From Octopus vulgaris (taxonomy: Eukaryota), in NCBI GenBank assembly GCA_951406725.2, contig OX597824.1:35650001-35714000 (forward strand): DNA of 64,000 nucleotides, read 5' to 3'. The translations under genes were made by a program, and so were the position numbers. Under the pieces are notes generated by a model. It did no database searches. It was given only the letters and a program-made list of their open reading frames with translations, and was not told the origin of the DNA. Position 1 is the stretch's first letter. Every line of letters starts with the position of its first letter. Shown here piece after piece: positions 51,835 through 64,000 of the stretch.

Positions 51835-51996
51835 TAATGAACAAGCTAGAAATAGTAGCCAAATCACCATCAAATCATACCTTACCATCTTAAATAGGGG
51901 AAGATAATGTACAGTAAAAAGAGGGAATAGTCACGCTGAAACGCCTTTGATCAAGATGTTATCGGTGAAATCTGGCTGGAATTAAACAACAACAAC
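51835..51996 (+). repeat. Interspersed repeat 3' tail ending TAAACAACAACAAC
   Basis: GCTAGAAATAGTAGCCAAATC start shared with 6236-6300 and 31655-31768. Confidence 0.45.
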
Positions 51997-52341
51997 TAGT
52001 ATTGTCTTTATAACCTAATGCGTTATGGAACCCAGTTTCTCGCAGTTTAACATTTTCTCGTTTGTTTAACAGCCCACATAAAACAACGTTGAAGTTTAAC
52101 TTGTAATGTTTACTACACAATTCTTTAGTAACCATAGATTTTCAGCTGCACCAAAATAGCTTGTTGGGATCTTCTGAGAGTCTGTGGGGTTCTGAGAGTA
52201 TATATCTCATATTTTTTGATACTGTGAAGAAAAGAACAAAAAGGGAAAAGAAAATATTATCAGTTTAGCAAAAGAAGTTTCGTTAACTTTCTTCGTGTAT
52301 TACACTTATTACCCACAGCAGATCATAAGGTTAGTATCACG

Positions 52342-53924
52342 CAGGGGTTGTAAATAATTGATTGGAACCTTTCCACTCAATTATTTTCCTATCAATCAAT
52401 TAATTTTAATTGGGATGCAAGTCAATCAATTATTGCAATTAATTGCAATTAATTTTCAATTGTTTTGCCGAACGTAAAAGCACCATATATTTTAGAGTGT
52501 TAGCTTCGATTTAGAAAAGAGCCGAAATGATAGGAAAATAAAAGGTACGCCTTATAAGTTTCAAAAACCTTTATAATCAGTAAACGTTCAAAGTTCAATT
52601 CTATTGATTTAGAATAGGGAACAAACAACATCTATACTCTACATTGTACAGTAGTTGAAAAACAAATAAATTGAAGATCTTTAATTGAAAGAGTTTCTCA
52701 AACGATTAGCACAAGTGAAACAGTCTAAAATAGCAAAAGATCATGAACAATTGCAGAGGCACATCCAATCAATGGTATTCTACACTAATTCGCTATAGTA
52801 TTCACTTCAGTATTATCTTCTGTAATAGCTACAACATTTTCTAAATTTTTGTCATAGACACTTAACACATACTCTATAGATTCGATATAATCAGAAGCAA
52901 TGAATGATATTTCACTTACCATTGGCGAAAATGACAGCGAAGCAGTACAATAGTCGTTTTTATAATTGCACGAATAAGATGCAAAAAGTCCCTTAGTCCG
53001 AACGTCGATTACCAACGAAAATTTAATTGGAAGTTCATCAGATGTTTTCTTTTCCACTTCTTGAGTAAGTTTCGTCAGGTATTTCTTTAAGGTCACATTT
53101 GTCATATTTCCCAGGTTTGTGTACTTACAAGTCAGTGGGTCTTCGGTAAAGGGAAATGGTTTTAAACCAACACATACCCACTCAATCCAACCATAAACAT
53201 TTAAGGCTGAGCGAATGACCAAACTACTTCTTGGTGAAAGAAAACTCGATAAAAATGATTGCCCAGTTGCTTGTGTAGTAGAATACTCTGGATGCTGTTT
53301 TTTTTTATGATTCAAAAGATTTAGCCATCCACTTCGTTTTTTCTGGGTTAACTTTTTCTCACACTTGCATTTCCATACGTGTGCACTCATTTTCTCGCGG
53401 TATGGATTATTTTTAAATAAAAATTATATATATTTTGCCACAGTTTAAAATAGAAGATATTTCGCCACTCAACTGATGAAAGTCTGATTCAGTTAATATG
53501 TTGCAGCGGAATTCAATATACAACCGCGTTGCAAGCAAAGTTACGATTTAATGACTTGAAGACAGAATGTGAGAATCATTCTTGGAAATCATAACCAAGC
53601 ACCAACACTCGACAGCGGCTATTTGACAACATGCACAATAGCCAATTCCCAAGCATGACAGAATGCGTATCATTCTCAGTAGTCCGAATCAAGCATCACC
53701 ACTTGACAACATACACAATAGTCAACTCCTAAGTACGACAGAATGTGTGAATCATTCTCAGCAGTCAGAACAGAGCATCAATACAATACTTCAATAGAAT
53801 GTTGTATTTGCCAATTGAATGTCGAATGAAGTATGAGCCTTAATTGACAGTACGAATCCAATCAATTAATTGGACCAATATATTGCAATTTACTTTTCAT
53901 TAATTAATTTTTTACAACCCCCTG
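52342..53924 (-). mobile_element. Internally deleted hAT transposon with TIRs and 8-bp TSD
   Basis: TIR CAGGGG(G)TTGTAAA-AATT-ATT at both ends; TSD GTATCACG (52334-52341) / GTATCACA (53925-53932); subterminal repeats of about 80 bp at 53560-53790. Confidence 0.88.
52785..53390 (-). pseudogene. hAT transposase N-terminal part (BED-like Zn finger to first catalytic residues)
   Basis: WKCKC...GWLNLLNHKKKQH (C2H2), LKPFPFTED, FSLVID (DGW motif decayed), AITEDN. Confidence 0.82.
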
Positions 53925-53937
53925 GTATCACAACCAT

Positions 53938-54302
53938 GGGCAGGCATGGTTGTGTGGTAAGAAGTATGTTTCTCGTCATGGCTTCAGGTTCAGTCTCATT
54001 GTGTGGCACCTTATACAGTAACCTCGGGCCGACTAAAACATTGCGAATGTATTCGATAGAAGCCCATTGTATGTATGTGTGTGTGTGTCTGTATGTGTGT
54101 GTGTGTCTCTGTGTGTGTCTGTGTTTCTCCACCACCAGCGCCTGACAATCGTTGTTTGGGGGAAAAAAACGATAGAATGAGTACCAGGTTTTAAAAAAAT
54201 AACTAAATATTGGGCTCGATTCATTCGATTAGAAATTCTTCATAGTAGTGCCCCAGCATGACCACCGTATAATTGACTGAAACAAGTAAAAGATAAAAGA
54301 TA
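53938..54302 (+). mobile_element. SINE family A, diverged
   Basis: GGTTGTGTGGTAAGAAG...GGTTCAGTCTC...GACTGAAACAAGTAAAAGATAAAAG. Confidence 0.78.
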
Positions 54303-54885
54303 ACTGAACTCCAATAATATAAAGTGTAGCGTCTTGCTCTGATAAACGCAATGTCCTTCAGAAAGATCATTATTCATCAAGTGATACCTACAATTGATCG
54401 AGTTGTGAAATTGTTGAAAACCTATACGTTTGTAGTATATATTCGTGTATAGTAGTGTTTTTGTGAATATACTGGTGATTATATACGTATCTATGTCATT
54501 GTCTATCAGCTTGTAATGGTACGGGTTGGCAATCGGTTTAAAATATGTTTTTGTATGTGCTACGTTCTATTTTGTATTATTAATCTAGGCTCTCATCTGA
54601 GACAAGCTGTAGCAGAACTCACCCTCTGTATATATCGTTAAAGGTTACCAGGAGATAAAACTATTTAAGATGTCTTCGGTGTCATTATTGTTTCAAAAAA
54701 AGGTCAATCCGTGCCGTGTGTGATTTTACTGAAATCCATCTTAATTTACGTCATCAATGATTACACTACCTTTGTTTGTCCTCAACTTGAAGGAAATCTG
54801 AAACTCTCTTACTTTAAAGGCGATTATATCTATACAAAATCTTTATAGCTTTTCCTTCCTATTTGCGCATGTGTGTGTGTTTACT

Positions 54886-54954
<69 letters not shown>

Positions 54955-55160
54955 ATGTATATGTGTGTGTGTGCATGTGCGTATATGTGTATGTAAGATG
55001 TATATATGCATGTATACACACATACGCTTACGTACATACAACTTTGAGTTGTACTTGTTTACCAAGAGATTTTATGAGAGATCGTGGGACTCAGACAATT
55101 GCACTTCACTTTACTGTTACTGTTGTTGTTGTCGTCGTCGTCGTTGTTGTTGTTGTTGTA

Positions 55161-55538
55161 TGGCAGCGAGCTGACAGAATCGTTAGCACGCCGGGCGAAA
55201 TGCTTAGTGGTATTTCGTCTGCCGCTACGTTCTGAGTTCAAATTCTGTCGAGGTCGACTTTGCCTTTCATCCTTTCGGGGTCGATTAAATAAGTACCAGT
55301 TATGCACTGGGGTTGATATAATCGACTTAATCCATTTGTCTGTCCTTGTTTGTCCCCTTTGTGTTTAGTCCCTTGTGGGTAGTAAAGAAATAGGTATTTC
55401 GTCTGCCGCTCCGTTCTGAGTTCAAGTTCCGCCGAGGTCATCTTTGTTTTTCATCATTTGGGAATCGATAAATCAAGTACCAGTGAAACACTGGGGTCGA
55501 TAAAATCGACAAGTCACCTCCCCCAAAATTTCAGGCCT
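55161..55538 (+). mobile_element. SINE family B dimer: young-tail unit followed by old-tail unit
   Basis: AAGAAATA|GGTATTTCGTC junction near 55393; the second unit ends CCCCCAAAATTTCAGGCCT (old tail). Confidence 0.85.
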
Positions 55539-55599
55539 ATTTATGAATCTCCCAAACAAGAAGAGAATTTGAACAATATAAGATAACTGTTATAAACGT

Positions 55600-56500
55600 T
55601 CAGAAACAATAACACTAAGTATGCAAATTTAAGAAATATAAGAATCATCTTGCTGCCATGCAGACCTGAAATTCGTTTCTTTTGCCCACATACTCAATAG
55701 GACGAAGTTCTCAACTCAGGCTCATATTTACTGTTTGACAAGAACAACATTCAGAGCAAAGAAAATCTGGAACATAACCAAACGTTCACAACCGGTACGT
55801 CGTTCTTAAACTAAGAGAAGGTTTATTAAACAATTCCATTCTCAAATTCAATATTTAACACAGCACAGAGCCAAATTTAACTGAAACAACTATGTCCATT
55901 TTTAGATGTAAATTTATCTGTGAGTTCTTATACAGATATAAAATGTCAGCAGTAAAATATTCTCTCCAAATCTCTTTTAAATTCTTATTTACAAAAGGTA
56001 CCTTACAAGAGGGAAATTCAGCAAACGCTGGTCAACAACAGATGCCCGAACAAGTTAAGGGCAGCAAGCTGTAGAACAATACGAAGACAAATTAATCCAA
56101 TCAGATATAACAGACACAACGCTTAGTTAAAAAAGAATACACGGGCCATGCTTATAGCTTGAATAAATTTGTCATGAAAAAGAATTAAAATCAGAGCAAA
56201 ATATATTATTAAAAAAATTATAAATAAAAAAGAGAACTCATCCAAAAACTAATTGCAAGAAAATATTCCAAAAATACTAGAATTTAAAATAGAAACTTCC
56301 ACATCAGCAGGAAACCACAAACCTATAAGCGGCAGAGATAACCAAAGTGATTTATAAATTTCAATGTAAATATGAAAATTGTAAACGTCATGATTTTAAC
56401 TGTTGCATCGGATATACAACTACGTCGCTTTCTTGTTCACTGATGATGCATTTGTAACAAGGAGATATTGCAGTATTATATGTAATATCAAATAGGAAAT
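55600..56500 (+). pseudogene. Highly decayed PLE RT / GIY-YIG region
   Basis: LNNSILKF...PFLDVNL and TKVIYKFQCKYENC...CIGYTTTSLS...MHL-QGDI in broken frames; boundaries approximate. Confidence 0.6.
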
Positions 56501-57715
56501 ACAGACACGAATTTTTCCAGGGGAAAAATTAAATTTTTTTCACTAAAGAAACAAATGCTTGTTAGTCTTGATGTCAATAAACCTGATATCTTGGGTGACA
56601 AAACATGTTAGTTAACAAAAGATTTTAACTAATTATGGGACTTCTGATTAGTAGCCAGGTTCGTGAGATATGTAGGATAAAGGGTAACATACAGAGTATA
56701 GTGTAAGGAGACTAGTTTCATTAGAAACGCATGTATGCGTATTCATGCATGTAAGTGGCTGCAAAATATTCTGTATATTTACGTGCATGTCTATCGTTAC
56801 AACAAATTGTGTATGTGTATGTTCATACATAAAAGTACAAATGTGCATGCAAATATACATTGCATGTGTATATATGTTTGTATATATGAGTATGTATTTA
56901 TGCATGTGTGAGTGTGCGTGCGTGCGTGCATGTATGTATGTATGTATGTATGTATGTATGTATGTATGTATGTATGTATGTATGTATGTATGTATGTATG
57001 TATTGTCTCGGTATAAATGGATAAATAAAAATTTGAAGTTACAAGAATGGCCAAAATACAGCTCTATCGAGTATGTGAGAGTGTAATATAACGTAGCATT
57101 TAAGGGAAGATTTTGGCGGTAGATGGGCTGACAACAAATTTTGGAATTGAACCAAGAATATATTTCAGCCCAAAATGTTTAGGTTTCCTGTGTGTAACAG
57201 TGTTCCATTCCATTCGTCTCCTATACCTGTAAACTTATTTAATTCAATCAGCTTTATGGAACATTTCCTTGTAGTTGTTAAATTTATGAACCAACTAATT
57301 TCTTCCGGTTTCAAATGAGAGAATTTTCTTCGTCACGCTACTTGTAGTTAATACTTTTGGAGGGAACGGAACCGACTTTCCACATAATTTCTCTACTTAT
57401 TCATTTCGTAAACCAATTCTCTTCATTTTAGTAGCAATAGAATATAGTATTTTTCTCGTGTTTCAAAATCTGTTAAGTACATTTTCTTGTACTTAACAGC
57501 TAGACAATATGTCCTTATATATTTCTTCTGCTAATTTAGAAAGTCAACTAAATATTTGAAATATTTTTAAGCTAAGATATACAAAATGTCAAAAATATAA
57601 TCAGAAAATACACAGCTCTAGTAAGTGAATGGTTCTAAAATTTGTGTCATAAATATTTAAACTTGCACTTATATATTGTACTAAAGGATGTAGGTTGTAA
57701 TATTCTTGTATAACC

Positions 57716-57845
57716 CGCCGTGGTTGACTTTGCCTTTCATCCTTTCGGAGTCGATAAATTAAGTACCAGTTGCATATTGGGGTCGATCTAATAGACTGCC
57801 CCCCCTCCCACAAAATTTCGGGCCTTTTGCCTAGAGTAGAAAAAA
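57716..57845 (+). mobile_element. SINE family B, 5'-truncated, old tail
   Basis: GACTTTGCCTTTCATCCTTTCGG...AAAATTTCGGGCCTTTTGCCTAGAGTAG. Confidence 0.78.
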
Positions 57846-58887
57846 TATTATCGTATAACGTTTTGAGATAAAAAGCCCCAAAACATTTCTGGGGAGTTAA
57901 TAATTTTTTTTTTTTTATATATATAATTGTTGTTTTACTTCTTTTATGCGAAGTTTGAAGGTTTATAATAGAACTAATTGCACCAGAAAATATCCGATTT
58001 GGTGGCTCTAAATATGTTAAGTAGTTCAGCATTCAGTTTTGTTTTTCTTTTTTGTGGGTGTTGTGCTTTATGGAGATCACGATAGAGATATTTAACTGAT
58101 ATTTCTTGCAAATCGAGAGACTAATGTAGAGCTTCCTTCTTGTTAAAAGTTTAGATCCTAACGAACTTTGTACAACGAAAAATAACTACGAATTTGAGTT
58201 TCTGTTGAAACATTGATGTAAGAGTATTTTCTTCTTTTATACTTTCCAGGATTAAAACTTGCGCAACATTGACGAGTGGCATTGCCTATTTGAGGGATAC
58301 TTAATTTTCACCTAGATTTTCTGTTAAAGGTCCTTTATATTTTTTCAATCCAATATTTACTCGCTATTATTTATATCTTTATCTTCATCGAGTTCCACCA
58401 TTGAAAAGGCTTCTTAATTATAACATGCTGTCTACCATTTTACACCTTCACAAGTCGTTTTATTATAAATATCATTATTGTAATGCTATTTATAATATTT
58501 ACAAATATTTAAAGAATTCCACATGAATTCTTTACTACTTGCTTCAGCCGTGAATGCAATATATTACCTGAATAGCATTCTCTACTCCCTCGATTCAATA
58601 TTACCTGAATATATCGCATTCGCAACTCCCTCAATCCAATTCTAGAGTTACCATTTTCTCATCCCTAGGTTTTAGTCTAACTTATTTTCATGAGTAACTT
58701 ATTGATTTTTGGAATGTTTTAAATTTCGTCACTTAATTATCATGTTGCTATCAAACCCAGTTTATGTTTTTTAAGCTATTGGAGCCAAGTATCAAGTAAT
58801 TGATTTTAAATTCTGGCACAAAGCCAGCAATTTCGGTTAAGTTGAATACGATAATCCAAGTGTACCGCTGGTACTTATTTTACCAAA

Positions 58888-59118
58888 GGCGGCGAGCTGG
58901 CAGAAACGTTAGCGCGCCGGGCGAAATGCTTAGCGGTATTTCGTCTGTCGTTACGTTCTGAGTTCAAATTCCGCTTAGGTCGACTTTGCCTTTCATCCTT
59001 TCGGGGTCGATAAATTAAGTACCAGTTACGCACTGGGGTCGATGTAATCGACTTAATACCTATGTCTGTCCTTGTTTGTCCCTTCTATGTTTAGCCCCTT
59101 GTGAATAATAAAGAAATA
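58888..59118 (+). mobile_element. Young SINE B inserted antisense into an old SINE B (58800-59215), 17-bp TSD
   Basis: GGTACTTATTTTACCAA at 58870-58886 and 59119-59135. Confidence 0.9.
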
Positions 59119-59636
59119 GGTACTTATTTTACCAATCTCGAAAATATGAAAAACAAAGATGACCTCGACGGAATTTGATCTCAAAACGTAACGATTGATG
59201 AAATGCCGCTAAGCAAGTATCTAGTAATTAAGATGGCATTCCTTTCCCTAGAACATGGGTACATTTTGGCTTAGATCAATTGCTAATGAGACACTGAATC
59301 CATATCCAGTGTGTATTCCAATACGTATTTCATTACCAATTTCAAATGGTGATATTATTGCTGTTTTGATATTTCCATTAACGATTTTCTATGACCGGAC
59401 ACATCACCGACGTTTCAATCGTACTCGCGAAGATGAAATAGAAATTGGGACTTGAGTTCAAACTCAGGACGAAGGACGGACAAAATGCAGAAGTTTTACG
59501 CACTTGTATCTCTACTGCTCTTTTGTTCCTACTACTGCTTTTGTTACCGAATATAATGTACAATTCGCCCTCGCAGCCAACAAGTTCAGACGATCGCTCA
59601 CTGCCAATAATTCCATTAAAATATTATTTTCTAGCA

Positions 59637-59855
59637 CAGTGCTTTTCAACATTTTTGCTGGAGCGGAACCCCAAGGAAACATTCCACTGGCTCGAGGAAT
59701 CCCTGTGCAATAATTTAATAGTCTTATGCACACATATCTGCACAGGAGAATTAAAAATTACAGCTGATTTTAGCAGTTTTGTAACTTCTTGCGGAACCCC
59801 TGGACTGTACTGGTGGAACCCTAAGGTTCCGCGGAACCCTGATTGAAAACCACTG
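59637..59855. mobile_element. hAT (Charlie-type) MITE
   Basis: TIR CAGTGSTTTTCAA, perfect 8-bp TSD TTCTAGCA (59629-59636, 59856-59863), repeated GGAACCC subterminal motifs. Confidence 0.92.
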
Positions 59856-60626
59856 TTCTAGCATTTCAGTTTTGTATTTTTCACGAATTAGACACCAAAT
59901 GAAGATCTCATTTAAATTTATCAGCAACCTTGGGTTCAAATTCTCGCAATTTCACTGTAATACATAGGCAAACCGTGCCATCTATTAGCGAATGGGATTC
60001 CTTAAAGTTTTTGGAAATGCATGAATGTCGCAACAATTTGGTTATTCTTCTCTCGAACGTTTCAGACTTTATAACATTAAAAAAATAAATATATATATTT
60101 TGATGACGTTTCTATTTTGTGAGTATGTGTGTGTATGTATATGGAGATAAGACCCCCTACTTTTAAAGACGTGTACAAAGCGTAATTAAGGGTTAAATTA
60201 CAAAATTAACCCTTGTGAGACGAGATATGAACAGAGAAACAATGTTGGACAAATTACTAAAAACATTTAGCACATACTCATTGCTGTATTTTTTTTTCTT
60301 TTTAACTACTACTACTACTGCTACTACTACTATTACTATTGCTACTGCTACTACCACTGCTGCTGCTGTTGATGCTGATGCTACTGGTTGCAGCTGTTGC
60401 TGCTGTTACTATCAGTGCTATTGTTACTACAAGTGCCTTGCTTTCTCAATCAGTTAATATTTGTTGGTTCCTCACACATTTGCTATTTTTTTCTCATGTC
60501 AGATGTCATGATTACAGAGATAATGGTAATGTGATTTCACTGTCTACCTCTCTTTCTGATTCTCCATATATACGTATGTATGTATGCCTGCGCATGTATC
60601 AATGTATATATACGCACACGCATACA

Positions 60627-60674
<48 letters not shown>

Positions 60675-61209
60675 ACATATATATACACTCGCATACATAC
60701 ATATATAGGTAGTGGTATATATTCATGGCATATATCAGAGAAAATCTTTCTCTCTCCCTCCCTCTCTCAATATATGTGTGTGTGTGTGTGTGTTTGTGTG
60801 TGTGTATCTCTATATATAAAACTCAACTTGTGTGTCTGTGTGTTTAACTCCCCGGCACATCTCCTCCTAGCCAACAAATCGTAGAATCAACAAAAATGGG
60901 TCACTTAAGGTTTAGGTGAATGAAATTTGAACTGCGCTATTCATCATGCAAGCGCAAAAATCGATATGTGTTTGTTTAGGCCTTATCCCATGCATTGAAT
61001 AGTGAAATTTACTCAGTCAGCTGCTTGACGTGAACTGTGTTCACCACGCGTGCAAGCATGCGTAAATTGCATGAAAAATAAAAAATTAAGATATAAAAAC
61101 GAATCGCCGTAAACATCGTAGAAATTCGGTAAAGAATTGAATTTTCTGGATGTAGCCTGGAGGGTTTTTTCATATTAATCGTTTGGACTTTGTGAACACG
61201 TACCAATTA

Positions 61210-61577
61210 TCTATATATATATAAAGCTGAAGTTGTCTGTGTATGGCAGGTTTGGTAGCCTTCAACTAACACTATCTCCTCCGAGACCCTGCGGCGCAAG
61301 TTGACCAAAATTGAGAGTATGATAGAAGAAGGCTTGCTTTTCCTTCCGCAGAAGAAAAAATTCAAATCGGACCATGTTAACACCAAAAATGATTTACATA
61401 AAAAAGGTGCTTTTTTTTCTATGAAAATCCCTATTTTTTAACGATTTTTTGACTGTCGCCATTTTTCGTGTATTTCAACCAGAAAATGTTCACTTAAAGA
61501 GAATAACAAGCTACATAATGCAAAATTTTTACTTTTCAAAAATTCCAATTCTAAAGCAACGCCGGGTGATACTGCTA

Positions 61578-61578
<1 letters not shown>
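61210..61578 (+). mobile_element. Non-autonomous Helitron (same family as 3813-4200)
   Basis: A|TCTATATATAT...GCAACGCCGGGTGATACTGCTAG|T, no TSD. Confidence 0.85.
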
Positions 61579-61621
<43 letters not shown>

Positions 61622-61774
61622 CTTCGTTCAGCAATTCAAAGTCTGAAGGACAGGAGCTGCCGCGGGGGCCTGCGAAACTTGAAGCAACACGAAACTGGAT
61701 CAAGCTGTTTTAAATAATAGATGTAACTCCTAAATGTGTTGAGTGCCCTTTTCTTTCATTTGTCCACTCGCTCA

Positions 61775-61836
<62 letters not shown>

Positions 61837-61974
61837 GAGAGAGAGACTTACATACATACTAACGTTAGTACGAACGGCAGAAAAAAGTACCTCTCGATTC
61901 ATTTCTATGAACAAGAATCCTGAAGTGTCGGAGTGTAACTTTGACTAATCAACATAATAAAAGAGGCGCACGCA

Positions 61975-62051
<77 letters not shown>

Positions 62052-63215
62052 ACACACATACACACGCACGCACATAGTCATATGCATGCACGGCTATACT
62101 CGCAAAATATAAAAGGAAGTACGAATGTATATTCTACGCAAATATCAACTTACAATGAGTTAATAAATTATTATTTTGATATTCATAGAAATATTAACTC
62201 TAATCATTGTATGTGTAGGTGTTTGTGTGTGTATGTGTGTGTGTGCTTATGCACATACACACATATACATATACATAGATACGTGTGTACGTGTATGTGT
62301 GTGTGTGTGTGTGTGTAAAACAGCGTATGTGTAGGAAGAAAAGAAGGATGGGTTATGCATGATCTACACATCCGCAGCCACAGTCATATATATACATACA
62401 CAATTACGTATAAACATATGCACACATACGCACGCACATACACACACAGACACATAGAGACGTGCGTGTGCATATATGATTTTTGGCCCATAGTTCTTTC
62501 TCATTTTCACCATTCTCTGAAGTGTGTTCCACTGAAAATATTTGCTGTATATTATAACAAGGTAAGTTTTAACGGTACCGCCCAACTCATAACATCTTCA
62601 ATTTAAACCAACCACATGTTATATTGCTGTGTTACTATATTGCTGTATTATATTTGCCTTATTTATTCTTTCTGCAAATGATTCTTCTACCATTTCTGAT
62701 ACTCAATTACCAGCATATCCGTTTTGGCTTCCCATATCCAATCTCTTTCTCGATTTTATTCCTTCTCCACATCCTTGGATTTTTCCCTCCCTTTACCTTA
62801 TATGGTCCTTGGAGATTACCTCATTAGTAAAAGTTATTTCTTTCATTCCTCGTTATCATCATCATCATCATCGTTATCGTTGTTGTTATTATTATCATCG
62901 TCATCGTCATCGTCGTCGTTATCACCATCATCATCATCATCATACTTCAGAAAGGAAAATAATAAGCAATTCCTGCATTTTTATTCTCGACTATTTCTTT
63001 CTCTGACTTTCCAAATTCTTGCTACAAAGGTTGTTTGGGGTGGAGGGGTTTGTGGGTGGGGTTCCGTTTATACTGTTATGTTGCTTTCTGACCCTTTGCC
63101 CCCTTTGCTTCCACGAGTGAAGGTATGGCAATATGATTGAATTCCTGACGAGGCTGTTCAATTCAAGATTTATGGTGGTTCCAAACTGTAGAAACTAAAT
63201 AACACTGTCTCTCTG

Positions 63216-63324
<109 letters not shown>

Positions 63325-63596
63325 ACGTCTCCTGTTTGGGTCTTTTCTCCTTTCGCTTAGCAACAATATGTTTCTAGGTTCGATCCTACTATAAGACTTT
63401 GAAAATGAAAGTAGGTAGATGGAAATTGTGCTGAATCTCGTCGAGTGAACTTAAGATGTAATTCACCAGTAGGTTTAATACCATCAGCTAACCTTGATTG
63501 ACTTTAGCGGGTTCCACTCTATTGCAAGTATTTTGACCAGGGGATAAGCTATCTCTCTTCCTCCCACCAAACTTGAAGGCAGTTTGCCAAAAGAGA

Positions 63597-63657
<61 letters not shown>

Positions 63658-63809
63658 CTAAGACATATAAAAATAACAAATCATTCAGTATACATGTGAT
63701 AAATTGCTGGAAGAAACCTGAAATAAATTATACGTTTATATTTAGATTAAATTTTATGTAAACATTTCCTTTATCTTAGAACACGACTAAATTTTGTAGA
63801 AGCTTGAAT

Positions 63810-63955
63810 CGACTTCAATACAGAGCTGGTGCTTATTTTCTCAAAGTCGGTGGAATGAAAAGCAAAGTAAGGTCAGGTGAGACTTGGAATCGGAGCTGTA
63901 AAATAACAAACAAGTTAAACTAAAACATCCAGTTCGGCGCTCTGCTGATGCATTC
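63810..63955 (-). mobile_element. SINE family B, very old
   Basis: CTGGTGCTTATTTT...GAATGAAAAGCAAAGT. Confidence 0.5.
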
Positions 63956-64000
63956 ATCAAAACTCTAATACTGGGATTAAATTATTTTCGTAGATGATTA

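Noticed and set aside
57100-58700. Long AT-rich non-microsatellite stretch (also 45000-46100 and 46800-47150) suggestive of decayed TE coding sequence
   Set aside because: No recognisable motif in any frame by eye; left unannotated
62629-63140. Poly-His and poly-Ser ORFs
   Set aside because: Driven by a (CAT/CGT)n trinucleotide tract; no domain signal

Overview
AT-rich eukaryotic DNA, most likely octopod cephalopod (inferred from the SINE families and the extreme (TA)n/(CA)n/(TACA)n density). It reads as intergenic or deep intronic sequence: no host protein-coding gene can be supported, and almost all ORF-track entries are microsatellite translations. The window is a mosaic of mobile DNA. 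It holds three or four tRNA-derived SINE families (dozens of copies), a 5'-truncated but open Penelope-like (Neptune-type RT + GIY-YIG) retroelement, three more PLE GIY-YIG relics, and many solo or inverted PLE 3' tails. It also holds two mariner relics, a pogo relic, an internally deleted hAT with TIRs/TSD, a hAT MITE, non-autonomous Helitrons and an RLE (R4/Dong-like) LINE 3' end. Two signals stand out. (1) A panel of minimal type-I hammerhead ribozyme folds in the PLE tails, several with non-canonical cores (G3-C8 swap, U3-A8 swap, A6U). (2) A SINE that repeatedly inserts into its own copies at one site and makes very long target duplications, building tandem arrays. All structures were read by eye; none was computed or searched.
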